Shown here: positions 25,161 through 38,400 of the stretch, in pieces | Layout: the number at the start of each line of letters is the position of its first letter | Numbering within the stretch: position 1 is the stretch's first letter | Assembly (NCBI GenBank): GCA_964106915.2 | Contig: OZ066916.1 | Direction: 5' to 3' (one strand) | Length of the DNA stretch: 64,000 bases | DNA from: Podarcis gaigeae | Taxonomy: Eukaryota | The notes under the pieces: model-generated | Databases searched by the model: none | Told to the model about the DNA's origin: nothing | The model's input: the letters and a program-made list of their open reading frames with translations, nothing else | Translations under genes and position numbers: made by a program

Positions 25161-28100
25161 ACATCGCTGCCATGCTTCCAGCAAATAGGAACACAGGAGA
25201 TGTGTGAACAGGGATGTAACGGAGCTTTTTCAGAGCTGGAGCAAGACCAAAATTATCAAAGTGACTGAATGAATCTCCTATGGCAAGTGAATGTGGTGAC
25301 AATGAGACTTTTAAGCTTGTGGCAAATTATCATCAAGGGAATCTAAGAGTGAGGAAAATAATCCAGCATACTACTTTCTTTTTCTTTGGCGAGGTTCCTA
25401 CTTTTCACTAACAGTTTAAATGTCAACACATCTGTCTGAGATTGTTTGTGTTTCTAATTAAAAGCTAAAGGTTGCGTTTTTAGCTAGCCAGAGGTCTTGT
25501 GTAAAAGCTCATTGTGTTTCACAAACTGTTCCATTGCAGTCAGAATTCAATGGAGTTTGCTGCCCCAGGAAACTATACACAGGATTGCAATCATGCTAGT
25601 ACTAATAAATTGTGTATTATGCAATGTATTACTGCCACAGAGAGAAAGAGAACAGACAGACAGACCTGCCTGGATTTGTAGCATGGCTACATTGGGGCAT
25701 GACTACATTGGGGCATGACTACAGGGGCTGACATGGTGAACTCCTGTTCTCCCAAAAATTTCCACTGTCCCACTGAAGGGAAGCTGAATGGAGGCAAGTA
25801 GTGGGGCTACCAGTTACTTCCCTTCATCTGGGAACCAAAGTGGGAATTGGCTTCAGACACATCCTTGGCGCTAACCCTTCCCCCACAGTTACAGGGTTTC
25901 TCTTCCCAATCCTCCTTTTTGTGAAAAGGGCAAAAATAGACTCTGCACCCACCCAGAATGCTGTGTATGTGAATGGGGAAGGCACATGCATAAAATGCAC
26001 ATCTCTGCCCTGCCCGTCACGTCTAGATTGGCCTTGAGCAACTGAAAATGTAACATTAGCAGAGCACACAGCACAGCAAGTGTTTGGAGGCAGTTTTCCT
26101 AACAGGCTCTTCTTCCTTGGCTGCTGCAGTCAAAAGCTCCCCCTCCTGTTGCAATCTGTCAAGAACAAACTTGTCTGTGACAGCTGTTAGCTAAAATTGC
26201 TAACATATCCCACTCTTGGAGAAAACAAACACAAGGGTAAAAGCTGGCGTTCTCTGCTTTTGTGCTTTCTGAATTCATGTACAATAGTCATTTTTTGGTT
26301 AGCATTTTAAAAGGGAATAAAATCAAATAGAAAGCCATTCATTCAGCCCGAATAGATTAACAGAACATTTGAGATGCATTACTCAGAATAGCATCTGCCC
26401 AAAGCCAAGCCTCCATTGGAGAGGAGCCAAAACGTACTGTGAGAGGGTTTCACTTGATTCTCATGTTACTAAAAGAAACTGTTCAGTTGCTTTCTCTGGT
26501 CCTCCATGTGCAGAAGTCCCGTATACTTAATACAGCAGCAATTGTCCCTTGACATGTAGGCAGGCTTCTCGGCTCCTTATCTTATCTATGAGATAACAAA
26601 GCAGTATTTCTTTATAAAGAAGAAAGCAGCCACTGTATGAATGGAATATTCACTCTTAGACTAGAGCATAGGTGAATGAGGTACTGTCACTGGCACACTG
26701 AATGAAAATCTCTAGGCTTAAAATAGGATCAGAGAAGAGACAGATACTTCACTCTAAAAGGAAGAGCACAGAAATAATTTTCAAATGGTCTTGAGTGCTG
26801 GAGCAAACAATCTATCAGGAGTACCATTTCAGATTTTGAGGGAAGGGTAAGGATGGAAATTCACAGCAGAACTGAAAGGCCTGTTCCTTCTGTATACAAG
26901 AGGATGGAGTATGTGTCATTTTAAAAGCATTTCATAATAATAAGAGACACAGAACCATTGTCAGAAACACTAGGAGGTATGCATGACTGTTCTTCAGTAT
27001 ATTAATGGCAGTCCTTCCATTTGGGGGGGGGGGGGAATTACTTTGATTTGCAAAAACCTGAAACCACACACACACACACACACCCATAATCTGCTATTTG
27101 ACTTTCTATGGCCAGATCAGATGGAAGGAAGAAGAAAAGTGAAATGCAGGCAAAACTAAGGTTGTTTTATTTTTCTTTTAACTTATCCACCATATATTGA
27201 GGAGGAACATTCAAAATGACGTGCAATATAGAAGAGTAATTTTCAGTTAGAACAACTACTTTATATTAGTGAGAGCCAGAAGTTATTATAAAAATATTAA
27301 AATGAGAGTCAGAGATTTCTGCTGTGAAATACTTGTCCAACTCTTTAAATTCACAAAGTGTTCTACAATGGATTCATTTGTAAAGCAAAATGGTGTGTCT
27401 GAATGGTAACCTATTTGAATGGTGCAGATGGTTGTGTTCTTCAATCGCTCGTGCAAATCTGTAGATCCCTTGCCACTATCTTTCAGTCCTTAACCAGTAT
27501 TCATGACAGACACACCTCACTTTTCATAGGAAGCTCCGTGCTATAGATATCTGATATGGGAACTATTTTTAGCTGCAGGTCTGGTCTATTTATTTGATTG
27601 CACTGGCGTGAATAAGCAGTAAGCAAAGAAGCTGTTTCAGAATACACATTACACGTACCACCATGTTTTTCACTAAAAGGACCCATGAGCTTAAATCCTT
27701 CTTTTTTTCTTTTGTCTGATTGAAAGATGGAAAACTGCAGAGATAAAATGCAAGGAACAATACATAAGAAAAAATGGCAGATGTATCTGAAACTTTTGCA
27801 TAATGTGGAAAGCAGCCCATGAAGCGCCCTGAGATCTTGTGATGAAGGGTGGTATATAAATCAAATAAATAAATAAGCCAGCCAGCCAGAGAGAAGGCTT
27901 CGGAACACAAATGTGAAGCTATTCTTATTCATTCTGCTAATATTTACAGCTACTGTATGATGTGAATGTGGAGCTTTGCCCTCAGTCACCAACAGGGGGC
28001 CACCTTGTCATGTGCACTCACTTTCCTAAACTATGAAAAGTTCTAGGGGCATTGTCCTTACCTGGATTTGGTTTCATTTGGAAAAGACCAGGGATTCATG

Positions 28101-29379
28101 GTTTTTCTGTCTTTAGGGACTGCACCAGGTTTGAAGGGGCCCTAAGCAACAAGGGAAATAGCAGTAGCAGTTGCAGTTTCTTTGTCCAGCGCTTCTTTGC
28201 TCAGGTCCAGGCTAAGCATCACCACATATCCCCCCATAGACCGGCACTGCTAAGACAAGATGCACTGGGTGAAACAACCCTGACAGTCGCCATCTTCATT
28301 TTTCCAGATGCATTCTGGGGAAATGAAGATGGAAGCAGCTGCAGGTTCACCCAGCTAAAAGCAAGCTGCCATCCAAATGTTTGCCTAACCGTTCTGGGTG
28401 CTGATGTTGGGCATGAGGGTATTATTTGAGTTTATTTACAAATATTCAGGTTGAGCATAGATGGAGGCAGATATCTTTTTTTTAAAAAAAAAAAAAACAC
28501 TCCCGCAACAAATCCACTGGCCCTCATCAGATCTTCAAAGAGGCCGGCCCCAAAATGGGTTTTCCAATGCTCAAAGCTCTCTGACTTTCTCTGTCCCAGT
28601 CAAAAACTGCATTACTTTTGTATAGCAAGTGTGGTGTTCTCACAGACACAGATCTAACTTGACATCATCTTTAGCTGGAATGTGTGGGGACGGGGACAGA
28701 AAGGTATGTTTTGTTGAAATGGCCCTCGCTTTCCAGAGGTGCCCCTAGCTATTTCCAAGCCATTGTATGTTATTTACCTGTCATTTTCCCAGGAAAAGAT
28801 GTGCCTGGCAGTCTGGCCTACTGCCGGTTAAAGAAGTTTCAAGCTGTTGTTTGTCCCACAGCTGTTAAAGGCATAAATGCCTTGCCAGAAAACCAAAACA
28901 AAACTGGCAAACTTCTGGAAAGGGACACACATGGTGTGGTTTGCATTGGACAATGTTTTCAAATTCTTGTGGTACAGAAAGTATTTTGTACCTAGTATGT
29001 GCAAATACAAGGCACAAACAACACTTTGAACATTGCTTTGTTTGGCATGCTAATGAAATAACTAAGGCCAAATTATTATTAACTGCAAAGCACATTTTGA
29101 AAGAGATTCTTGTTTTGATTCAGTGTTCAGCATTGCCAGCATAACAGATGGTGAAGACATTCAATATAATACCCAGCACATGTTTAATTAAACTGGATTT
29201 ATGTCATTTTGACCTTTTTAGAGACTTTAGGGGGGAAAGTAGCCCCTAAGAACCAGCAAAGAAGAGGCCTTGGGTTGGGGAGTCATTTTCACAGGAAATG
29301 CTTAGCAGTGAGCTGTGCTGAAAAGGAGAAGATGGGGTTGGATCATAGAAGTAGGAGAGGAGAAAGAAAATAAGAGGAT

Positions 29380-29519
29380 CTAACATAGCTCAGTCGGTAC
29401 AGCAAGAAATAACTCTTAATCTCGGGGTTGTAGGTTTGAGACCCACATTGGGCAAAAGATTCCAACATTGCAGGGGGCTGAACTAGATGACCCCTTGCAT
29501 CTCTACAATTCTATGATTC
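29380..29519 (+). mobile_element. tRNA-Lys-derived SINE with CR1-derived tail
   Basis: TAGCTCAGTCGGTA..ACTCTTAATCTC.GGGT.GT.GGTT.GAG.CCCAC.TTGGGC (tRNA-Lys-CTT-like), followed by the CR1 3' end ...ACTAGATGACC...TTCTATGATTC. Confidence 0.75.
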
Positions 29520-30696
29520 AGTGGGATATTACACTGGCATAGGACCAGGAGTGGCAAGGTAGCCGAGCGTCATTTTCAATGATTGCTGACACTTTGCATA
29601 TGCAATATGCTACATTTTAAATTTTATTTCATTTGCGTCACTGACCCACATCCCAAATTTCCAAATGCTCCTGTTCCACTGCATTGCCACGGGCAGATCA
29701 TCATAAGCCTGGCTGGCTCTGCTTTCTGTCTGAGCTTCCAAAAGACTCACCATCCACTTCAGAGATGCTTTAGATGCCGCAGGAGTTTGGGCTTCTACAC
29801 AAGCAGCCAGTTTGGTAACAAGAAACAGGGGCCAAACTAGCCAAGTTATGGCCTGTTTTCTATGCTTCTTGATAGAAAGAGAGATGCCTGGTTACAGCAT
29901 ACTTCCTCTGTTTCCCAGATCTCACACAACTGGGATTGTCTTTTAATTCTCTCCCTGCCTAAAGTATACAACATATCCTGGCCATAGTTATGTGCAGTTG
30001 TGACTGGTAAAGAGGCTTCCTCCAACAACACGACAGCAGTAGATGTGTTCATTTCTTCTAAGCCTATTGCAAATCCATGCTATAAGCTAGCCAGTTGATC
30101 AAGCAGTATCACATTTCCCTGCTACTGTATATCTTGGCCCTAAATAGCTGCTAACGTGCATTCCCATTAGCATCATCAGAATATAACTGGAACTACCCCT
30201 GCCAATGTACAGTCCCCACTTCACACTTACTGTATATTCTTATTTGTAAACACAAATGCACACACGTTTTGTGGGTGCCCTGCATCCTTAGGAAGGGGTG
30301 GGTGTGAGAAATCACTGCCAATGCTCTTGCTCCAGCCTCAAGACTGCTTTAGCCTGTCCACGTTCTGGTAGAAATCAAATTGGAATAGTAACTCTTGGCC
30401 TGCCACCCACTCCCTACATCGCCTTATAGCAGGTGCAAGGGAACGTGTGCCTGCCAGCCATGCTCCTCATGTGTCAACACACCCACCATCTGATTTCCTG
30501 GCCAGTCAGCATTCCCCAGTCAGTTGGTGGGGCTGCACATGTGTAGAGCCCCTCTGCCAAATGCTTGGCCGCCAGGAAGGGAAAGCACAGCTGACTTGCA
30601 AGGGCATGGTCACTAGGAATGTTCCCACTAACCCCAATCATCTCTTGCAGGTGTGAAGGGACCTCATTTGAACACCCATTTTGTGCACCTCAAAAG

Positions 30697-30879
30697 AGGA
30701 ATGTAGGAAGCTGCCTTATACCATTGCTCCATCTTGCTCAATATTATCTACACTGCCTGGCGGCAGCTCTCCGGAGTGTCAGACAGAAGTCTTCGCCCAG
30801 CCTTACCTGGAGATGCCAGGAATTGACCCTTGGACTTTCTGCATGCAAAGCGGATGCCATACCACTGAGCTATGGCTCT
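30697..30879 (-). mobile_element. tRNA-derived squamate SINE (GCCATAGCTCAGTGG head family)
   Basis: Reverse complement reads GCCATAGCTCAGTGGTATGGCATCCGCTTTGCATGCAGAAAGTCCAAGGGTCAATTCCTGGCATCTCCAGG...ATAAGGCAGCTTCCTA. Related copies at ~35164-35470 (+) and ~39975-40090 (-). Confidence 0.75.
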
Positions 30880-31754
30880 TCCCTAAACAGGATTTAGCCA
30901 GAGTATGCCAGTGTTTGAACCTCTTTAGCTCACTTGTTTTGGAACAGAACTTGGAAAGAACCAAGTCTCTATGCTTATTTGTTCATTTGTTTCTGTTCTT
31001 TTAAAAAATATTTTTAAAAAGAATGTTTAAATTTTTGTAAAAGTTATTTGCCTACAGGGGTGCTGTTGCAACTTTTAAAGAAAGCATTATTTGTACAAAA
31101 ATAGCCTTAAGCTGTTCAAGTAAATGATTGACACCTGGCCAATTAGCCATGGTGTCAGAACCAAATTCAAAGGCAAGGGAAAGCAGGACATTTATGTACA
31201 CTTTCCTCCACCAGAGATTACATATACCGCCCATGCTTTATTAGAAATAAGTGTTTCCAGACCAAGGGGATGATGCATTTCTCCCAGAATGAAATTGCAG
31301 TCTCAGCAAATTTGCAGGACAGCCTTAATAAATCAGCTAAAGACACAATTAGTTTCATGGCTCGCTCATCCTTTCATTACACATTCTTGCACAATTGTAC
31401 CCAGTTGCAAGCCATTCTGATTCTGTAACTTCTAATTCATGAAATTTCTGCATCCAGTTATAGGGTTGCCGCTTTCTCGCCATCATTCTTAGGGACGGGC
31501 TTATTTTATGGGATCCTACATATTATCTTTCAAAATTGTGCCTGTCAAGCCTGATGCATGATATTCTTTTCTAGTGAGAGAAGTTGTGTTTCTTTTTCAA
31601 GCTAAAGTGAAAAAGTATTGTTATATGTACCTCACTTTCTCAAGCTACAAGAACTTCCAGGAGCAGCCCAACTCAAATCTGCTTTCCTTGAAATGAAAGT
31701 AATTGAGGCTTCTGATGTTGTTATAGCATTCATTTTGTTTTACAGATGGACAAA

Positions 31755-32595
31755 CATAGAACTGTGGAGTTGGAAGGATCCCTGAGGGTCATCTCGTCCA
31801 ACTCCCTGCAATGCAGCCAACTGAGTTAAAGCATCCATGACAGGTGGCCATCCAACCACTGCTTAAAAACAATCAAGGAATGAGTCCGTTCGACCTCTGT
31901 CCTGCTGTCAAACAGCTATTACTGTCAGAAAGTTATTTCTGATGTTTAGTGAGAACCTCCTTTCTTGTAATTTAAATCCATTAGTTCGGGTCCTACTCTC
32001 CAGAGCAGGAAAAAACGAGCTTGCTCCATCTTTCATGTTACAACCCTTTAGATATTTGAAGATGGCTATCATCTCTCCTCTCAGTCTTTTATTCAGGCTA
32101 AACATTCCCAACTCCATCAACCATTCCTCAGAAGGCTTGGTTTTCATCTTGATCTCCCTCCTCTGCACATTTTTTGGCTTTTCAATATCCTTCTTAAATT
32201 GTGGTGCCCAGAACTGGACACAGTACCCCAGGTGTGGTCACACCAAAGCAGTACAGAGCGGGGCTATTATTTTCCTTGATCAGGACATTATACTTGTGTT
32301 GACGCAGCTTTGACTAGCGTTCACATTTTTTGCTGCTGCATCACACTGTGGACTCATGTTCAGCTTGTAGTCTACTAAGACCCCGAGATCCTTTTCACAT
32401 GTGCTACCTGCAAGCCAGGTGTCCCACCATCTTCTGTTTGTTCAGCTGGTTCTTCCTTCTTAAATGTAGAACCTAACATTTGTTCCTACTGAGATTCATT
32501 TTGTTAGTTTGGGCCTATTCTACAATCTGTCATGGTCATATTGATTCCCAATTCATGCTTCTGCGGCATTTGCTACCTCTTCCAGTTTATTGTGG
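31755..32595 (-). mobile_element. CR1 LINE 3' fragment
   Basis: Same family as 16395-17508. Encodes ELGMFSL.KRLRGEMIAIFKYLKG...RTRTNGFKLQERRFSLNIRNNFLTV. Confidence 0.9.
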
Positions 32596-32603
32596 TCTGA
32601 AAT

Positions 32604-32730
32604 CAGGAATGGGAAACTGGTGGCCCTCCAGGTGCTGTGGGACTCCATCTTCCATTGGCCATAGTCAGCATGGGATTATGGGAGTTGTAGGCCAACAATA
32701 TCTGAAGGGCATTAGGATCTCCACCCTTGG
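32604..32730. mobile_element. Short hAT-like palindromic MITE (CTCCAGATGTTG..ACTCCCA family)
   Basis: CAGG.ATGGGAAAC...CTCCAG...GGGAGTTGTAG.CCAACAA.ATCTG.AGGG architecture. Further copies at ~12845-13190, ~19455-19590, ~49840-49980 and ~59610-59725. Confidence 0.6.
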
Positions 32731-35163
32731 TCTTAAGTGCAGGTGGCCATGTAAGCCTATGTCACCCTTATAAGGCTATATACCAACAATGTCAAGTGAG
32801 ATACCCAGAGAGAAAGTCAAAGTATTAATGCTGATGGACTGCTCACAGCACACACTCTCTTTCCCTCTGCCAAAATTCAATTTCTCCGCTATGCTCTTTT
32901 CCCCTGTCCTTTCTCCCCCATTCCACCTCCTCCAACCTTGATGGCTGACTCCTGCAAAAGGCTCTGAGAGAGATCTGCAGTTATCTCCTAATCAATTCAG
33001 TGGGTTAGGTTGGATATTTCTCAACCATCTTGGGCCATTAACCAGTAATCTGCCTAACAAAGGAAATAGGGGCCAGTGCTATAACATTATTGTTGAAGTT
33101 AAAGTTGAGTAATGCAGGCATTGGACTGGTGACCGAAAAACAACTGAACTTTAATCTCATCAGATGTTTTTCACTGAGTTGAGTCTTTTTGCTAACATAC
33201 CAGGGAAGACAAAAACAGAAAACAAGACAAAAAACCCTGACCTTGGTCAATACTTCACATTTGATAGGACTACCCTTGAAAATAAATCTATTTTCCTGAT
33301 GCTGTTTTGCTCCTGGGCAGCAAATATTCTATTTCCATGTTCAAGCAAAGGGAATCTGGGAGTGAGTATGGATCTCCCATACTAGGAAGAAAAGGGCTGG
33401 TGTGTTTTTCAGAAGGGAGGGCAGACTTTTCTCACCCTCCAAATAGGTCATGAGGACTGTAATAAAGATAAGGGGCCATGAAATGTATAAAATAAAACAT
33501 AAAAAGACCATTAAAACAGCACGAAAAGATCATTAAAATGACTGGCTAATCAAGAAAGTTTTAAACAACTGCGTAGGCATGTCAGCACAAAAAGGTCTTC
33601 AAGAGACACCTGAAAGTAAAAAGGAGGGGTGCCTGCTGACTTTGCCAGAAGAGTGTTCCGCTGCAAGGGAATGACAATACTCAGTGTTCAACTTCTAACT
33701 GAGGCCATTCAGGTCTCTGTAACACAAGGTGCAACTAACAATGCTTCTTTGTATGATCTCACTCATCAAGCTGGGATATAGTAAGTTGCATTTGGTTTTA
33801 CTGGATGGGCTCGGGTGGAGAAATCCTTGAGTACAACATTGGACCCACATTAAGGAAGTATTGATGCCCATGGTTCTCCAAGCTTAGCACACTCTAGGTT
33901 TTGTAGATATTTGTGGTTGAGGCACTTTTTCGCACAGCACATGTTTAAACAATGGAATACATTAACCTGAAGATCCAGTACTGACGATTGACTGGGACAA
34001 ATTCATGGAGGGTATTAGTGGTTACTAGCCATAATGGCCTGGTGCTACCTTCAGTAAGGGAGGTAGCATGTCTCTAAATACCGGTTTCTGGGGAGCCCAG
34101 ATGGGGAGAGTGCTCTTGCACTTGTGTCCTGTTTGTGGGATTTTCATAGGTGTCTGGTTCACCACTTTGAGCACAAGATGATGGGCCTTTTGCTCAGCTT
34201 CAGCAGGGCTCCTCTTACATTTTGTTATGTCGTACTGCTTTCAAAATCTGTCACATCAGCTTGACCTTCAAATCATATATAAGCTGACATTTCAATGAGC
34301 CAATTGATAGGGATGTATTTTTACATTTAGTGCTTCTGCTGCATATTGCCACTCCAATCCAGAGTTCTACATAAATTTTGCTGTACACAAAACTCAAACT
34401 CAAGTGGTAGTGGTGGTGAGTACCATTAATTTCAATGGTGGCAGGTTTATCCACTTACAGTAAAAATGGCAATGCTACACTGTGTTTCTACTCAAGAGGG
34501 AGGAACTACAAAAGAAGACACTCCACTCAATATATATTGCAGGCCCTCCCCCCTCTCTCTCACACACACACACACCCGGAATGCAGCTGCTCTTATTAAT
34601 ACTGACAGATACGCACAGGTGTTACAAAACAAATTCTGTCAGCAGTCTCAAAGTGTCACTATCAGCATGACATTACAAGACAACTGCAAGTGTCAAAATG
34701 CCTTTGCTACTAAGTGGCTTATCTCAACCAAATAACAGAACTGTGCTGAAAGCAAAATGCGCTTCTTTGCCCACCTCTCCATAATAATTCTATAGCACCC
34801 ACAGTCAGCAGCAGGCCAAATGACCACTCTGCTGATAGACAAAACTTTGCTTTGGCTGATACCTTCATTTTATCTGCTGCTCATGAGATAGAATTGTGTT
34901 TTATGGTTGTGTTTTAATTGTTGTTAGCTGCCTTGTATGGTGTGCAAGTGCTAGGAGGGAAAGATAGAAGCATTTGCAAGAAATAAAGCCAGCTACTTTC
35001 CTGCTTGTTTATGCTGAACAAGTACCAGAGTTTCACCCCATAGTCATAGATAGGATCAGGCTTTGTTTATCAAGGTGCATGTATAAGGGGAAGAAAGCAG
35101 AGGGGTATACAGATCTGTAAGGCCCAGGAGTCTCACTAATCCCCAACTATGCCCAAGGTGAAA

Positions 35164-35470
35164 GGCCATAGCTCAGTGGCAGAGTATCTGCTTTATTTGC
35201 ACAGCTCTAGACAGCTGAATATTGTATGAAGAAACACCAGGGCTGTGATGGGGGCTGGAGTTGTCTTCTGCAGATTTCTCTAAACTTAGTTACAAGAGAA
35301 GCAGCAGAGCATCTGCTTTGTAGGTGACGGTCTTGTGTTCAATTCCCAGCATCTCCAGGTAGAGCTGGGAATGTCCCCGACTGAATCCCTGGGGAGCTGC
35401 TGTCAGCTGATGTGGACAACCCAGGGGAGCTAGATGACCAGTGATCTGACTCAACACAAGCAGCACAATA
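35164..35470 (+). mobile_element. tRNA-derived squamate SINE interrupted by a 109-bp insert
   Basis: Head GGCCATAGCTCAGTGGCAGAG at 35164; the body resumes at 35304 and continues to the tail. Confidence 0.7.
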
Positions 35471-38400
35471 TGTTGGGACTGTACAGAGACCACAAAGGAA
35501 ACAGAGCCTCTGTTGAAAAGCCCGTTGCCTTTGCTGAGCTGACAGATGATATGAAACTCATGAATTTGCAACAAGGCAAATGCAGCACATGAGGCTGCAG
35601 TCATCAGATGATGAGCGTGCATGTGTAAGCCAGCCCTTGGACTCAGGTGGAAGTGTCATAAGCAGCTGAGCTCTTGCTCCTTTCAGGATGGGAAGGATAG
35701 CTAGGCAGCGTCCAACGATAAATCCCGTTTATTCTTCAGGAAGCTTAGGGCTACCTCCTTGTTAGTTTTAAAGGCACAGCTGCAATTGTATTTTAAAATG
35801 TGCAAAACATAAAATGTATTCTAAAATGCACATGGCCTGGTGTGTTTGGGTGGGTGGGTGTCACGTGGGGTTCTTATCTGCAGCCTGCCAGCAGTTGTTG
35901 TGCTCCAACTCCTAACAGCCCCAGCCAGCATGGCCAAGGGACATATACTGCAGATCTACATTTAGAACACATAACATCCCCCCCAAATCAGAACTGTAGT
36001 CTCCCTCTTCCAGAGCTACACTTCCTGGCACCCTTAAGAAAGTACAGTTCCTGAGGTTCTCACATGACTTTCCCCGATGAATTTTGGGAACTGTAGTCCC
36101 CAAGCTACATGTCTCAGCATCCTTAACAAATTGCAGTTCCCAAGATTTTGGGGGGAGAAGCCATATCCTTTGAATGGGTGATGAATGCACTTTAAATGTA
36201 TGGTGCAGATCTGCCTGGAATTGTAGTCCAGCAATATCTGGAGGGTCACAGCTTAACCATGCCTGCCACAGGGCAACCACCTGAGCTGTTCTGTGATTTA
36301 CATGTTGGTTTGCAATGCATGGCTACAGAACATGTAGGAGCATGCCCCCCATGCAAAGTGCCAATGTGCATGTTGATTGAGGGTATGGGTAGGCCCAAGT
36401 GTTGGTCATGTGTATGCGCTCACAAAAATGATCAGGTAAAGCAGTAACACATGGACTCTAACCTGGAGCTCTTCTCCACACTTGCTGCCCCCCAAGATTT
36501 ACCAGCAGAGGGCACCCAAAGCTTAAGAGAGCTGCTAAATTAGCCACACCTTGCCCACTAAGCAAAAGTCCAAAAGGATTAAGAAAATAATCTCTTTATA
36601 CAAATGAAGCTGCGTAAATATTTGTAAGACAAAGACCCCGCCACCAAATTTTAACGTATAATTAACCAAATTGCATGAGATAAAACTTGGGTTTGGTGAT
36701 CAAGTTTGCCAATGCAGCTTGTATCTTTGTTCCTACCGTGCAAAGAAGCAAAGCAAAACACAAAGACTTCACAGATCAGAACAGGGGCTCAGAATCAAGA
36801 AGCAGAAGGGCCAGCTTTAGCCCCTGGTCCCAGAGAATTAAAACTACTGAATTGCTTTGACACTTCATATTTCAATTATTAGTAACAAGCTGAGCCCCTC
36901 AAATAGCCCACAGTAAGACTTGGAATAAACTGAGGAACACAATGCTCCATGAATCTAGTTTTAAAAGAATTTGGGCACTGTTTGGTTTGACAAAAGTGCA
37001 GTAGGGATATTCTGAGGTGCAAAAAATGGAAGGAAATTAACAAGCTGTATGTAAAAGTAAAAAGGAAGATGGGCAGAGAATAGCAACCAGAGGTGGAACA
37101 GTTTTATGTTTGAAATCCCTGGCCTGACTTTCAGTGGCCAGCTCCAGTGTAAGATAGCCATTTTAATGTGCAATAGATAAACAGCTGTTATTCATTGTTG
37201 GATATCCAAACCCTCTCTGCAATGTAATATTTGGATATTGCATTTCCACTAATATTTTGTTATGGAGAACCACACCTGCACAATTTTCACAGGTCTTTGT
37301 TGGTTTAGTGCCAAATTACATCATTACCTAAGTCCTACAGTATTCTGAGTGCTTTTTAAAAAAAATTCATTTTTATTTATTTTTATGTAGACAAATACAC
37401 ATGAAAGTAAAATACAACAAAACTAAATAGTAAAACTTCAAGTATTTTAGTCATTTCCCTTGGAGACACATATCATTAGAGTGCTTATGTGCCCTCATAT
37501 TTTTGCTTACATTTTCTGGGGAGAAACATTCTAAATGACCAAAGTAAAATAAATGAATAGGGGAATCTGGTCATAATTTTCCAAAGGTAAACTAAGCATT
37601 TGGACCAAAGCAGATATGTACCTAGCTCACAAGCTACAAGTTCCTCCCAGCATAGTTCCTTGAAGACTTTAAATGCAGCCCATCTCCTTCCTGAGCAAAC
37701 ACAGTAGAATAGTAATCCAATTATCATAGCGTAGTAGGCAAAATTTCATTTATTCCCAGAATTACCAGCTGCTGGACACACAGAAGCAGCAAACTTCTGG
37801 TGTAGCTTTAGATCAACATTACTCATGGCGCTAAAAGCATATCTGAGTCTCTCTCACTTTGTATCTATCATAAATGAATGCTGCAATAGTAGAAGATGTA
37901 TTGAAAGCATGATCTCATAGTTGGGCAGTTTCCCACTCATTTGTTGAGTGCAGTGTTCATAAGGGATTCAGCAGAATCTGTGTATTGCAATAATCTTGGG
38001 TGCTGTTTAGGATTTAAATCAAGAGTTGACAAGTTTCAGCACACGTTGTTCCAAAGCACAATCATTCACTGTATCTAATTCTAGGCATGTTGAGTCTTTG
38101 TCATGATGACTCAGGATTACCTTGGTAATTTGATGACAGCCGAAATCAGCTCTAATGTAAGACCTACTGTAGTTGGCGCCCTGACTGCTGTTTGCATCTT
38201 AGTATCACTATAAGGGAGTTCAACTCAGGAGGGTTAAATCACGTCCCTAGCACTGAATTACATTTTTGGGGTCTTCGATTTTCGCCCCAAACCACCTCTT
38301 TCTTGCCTCTTGTCCCTTGACATCCCATGCTGTCTTTTCACTGAGGTATGGAATAGCTTTTTAGGAGGAAAATAGGAGGGGAAATCCAGGGTCCATTAGT

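Noticed and set aside
29380-29455. Possible tRNA-Lys gene
   Set aside because: The stems are disrupted and it runs directly into a CR1-derived tail, so it is a SINE head.
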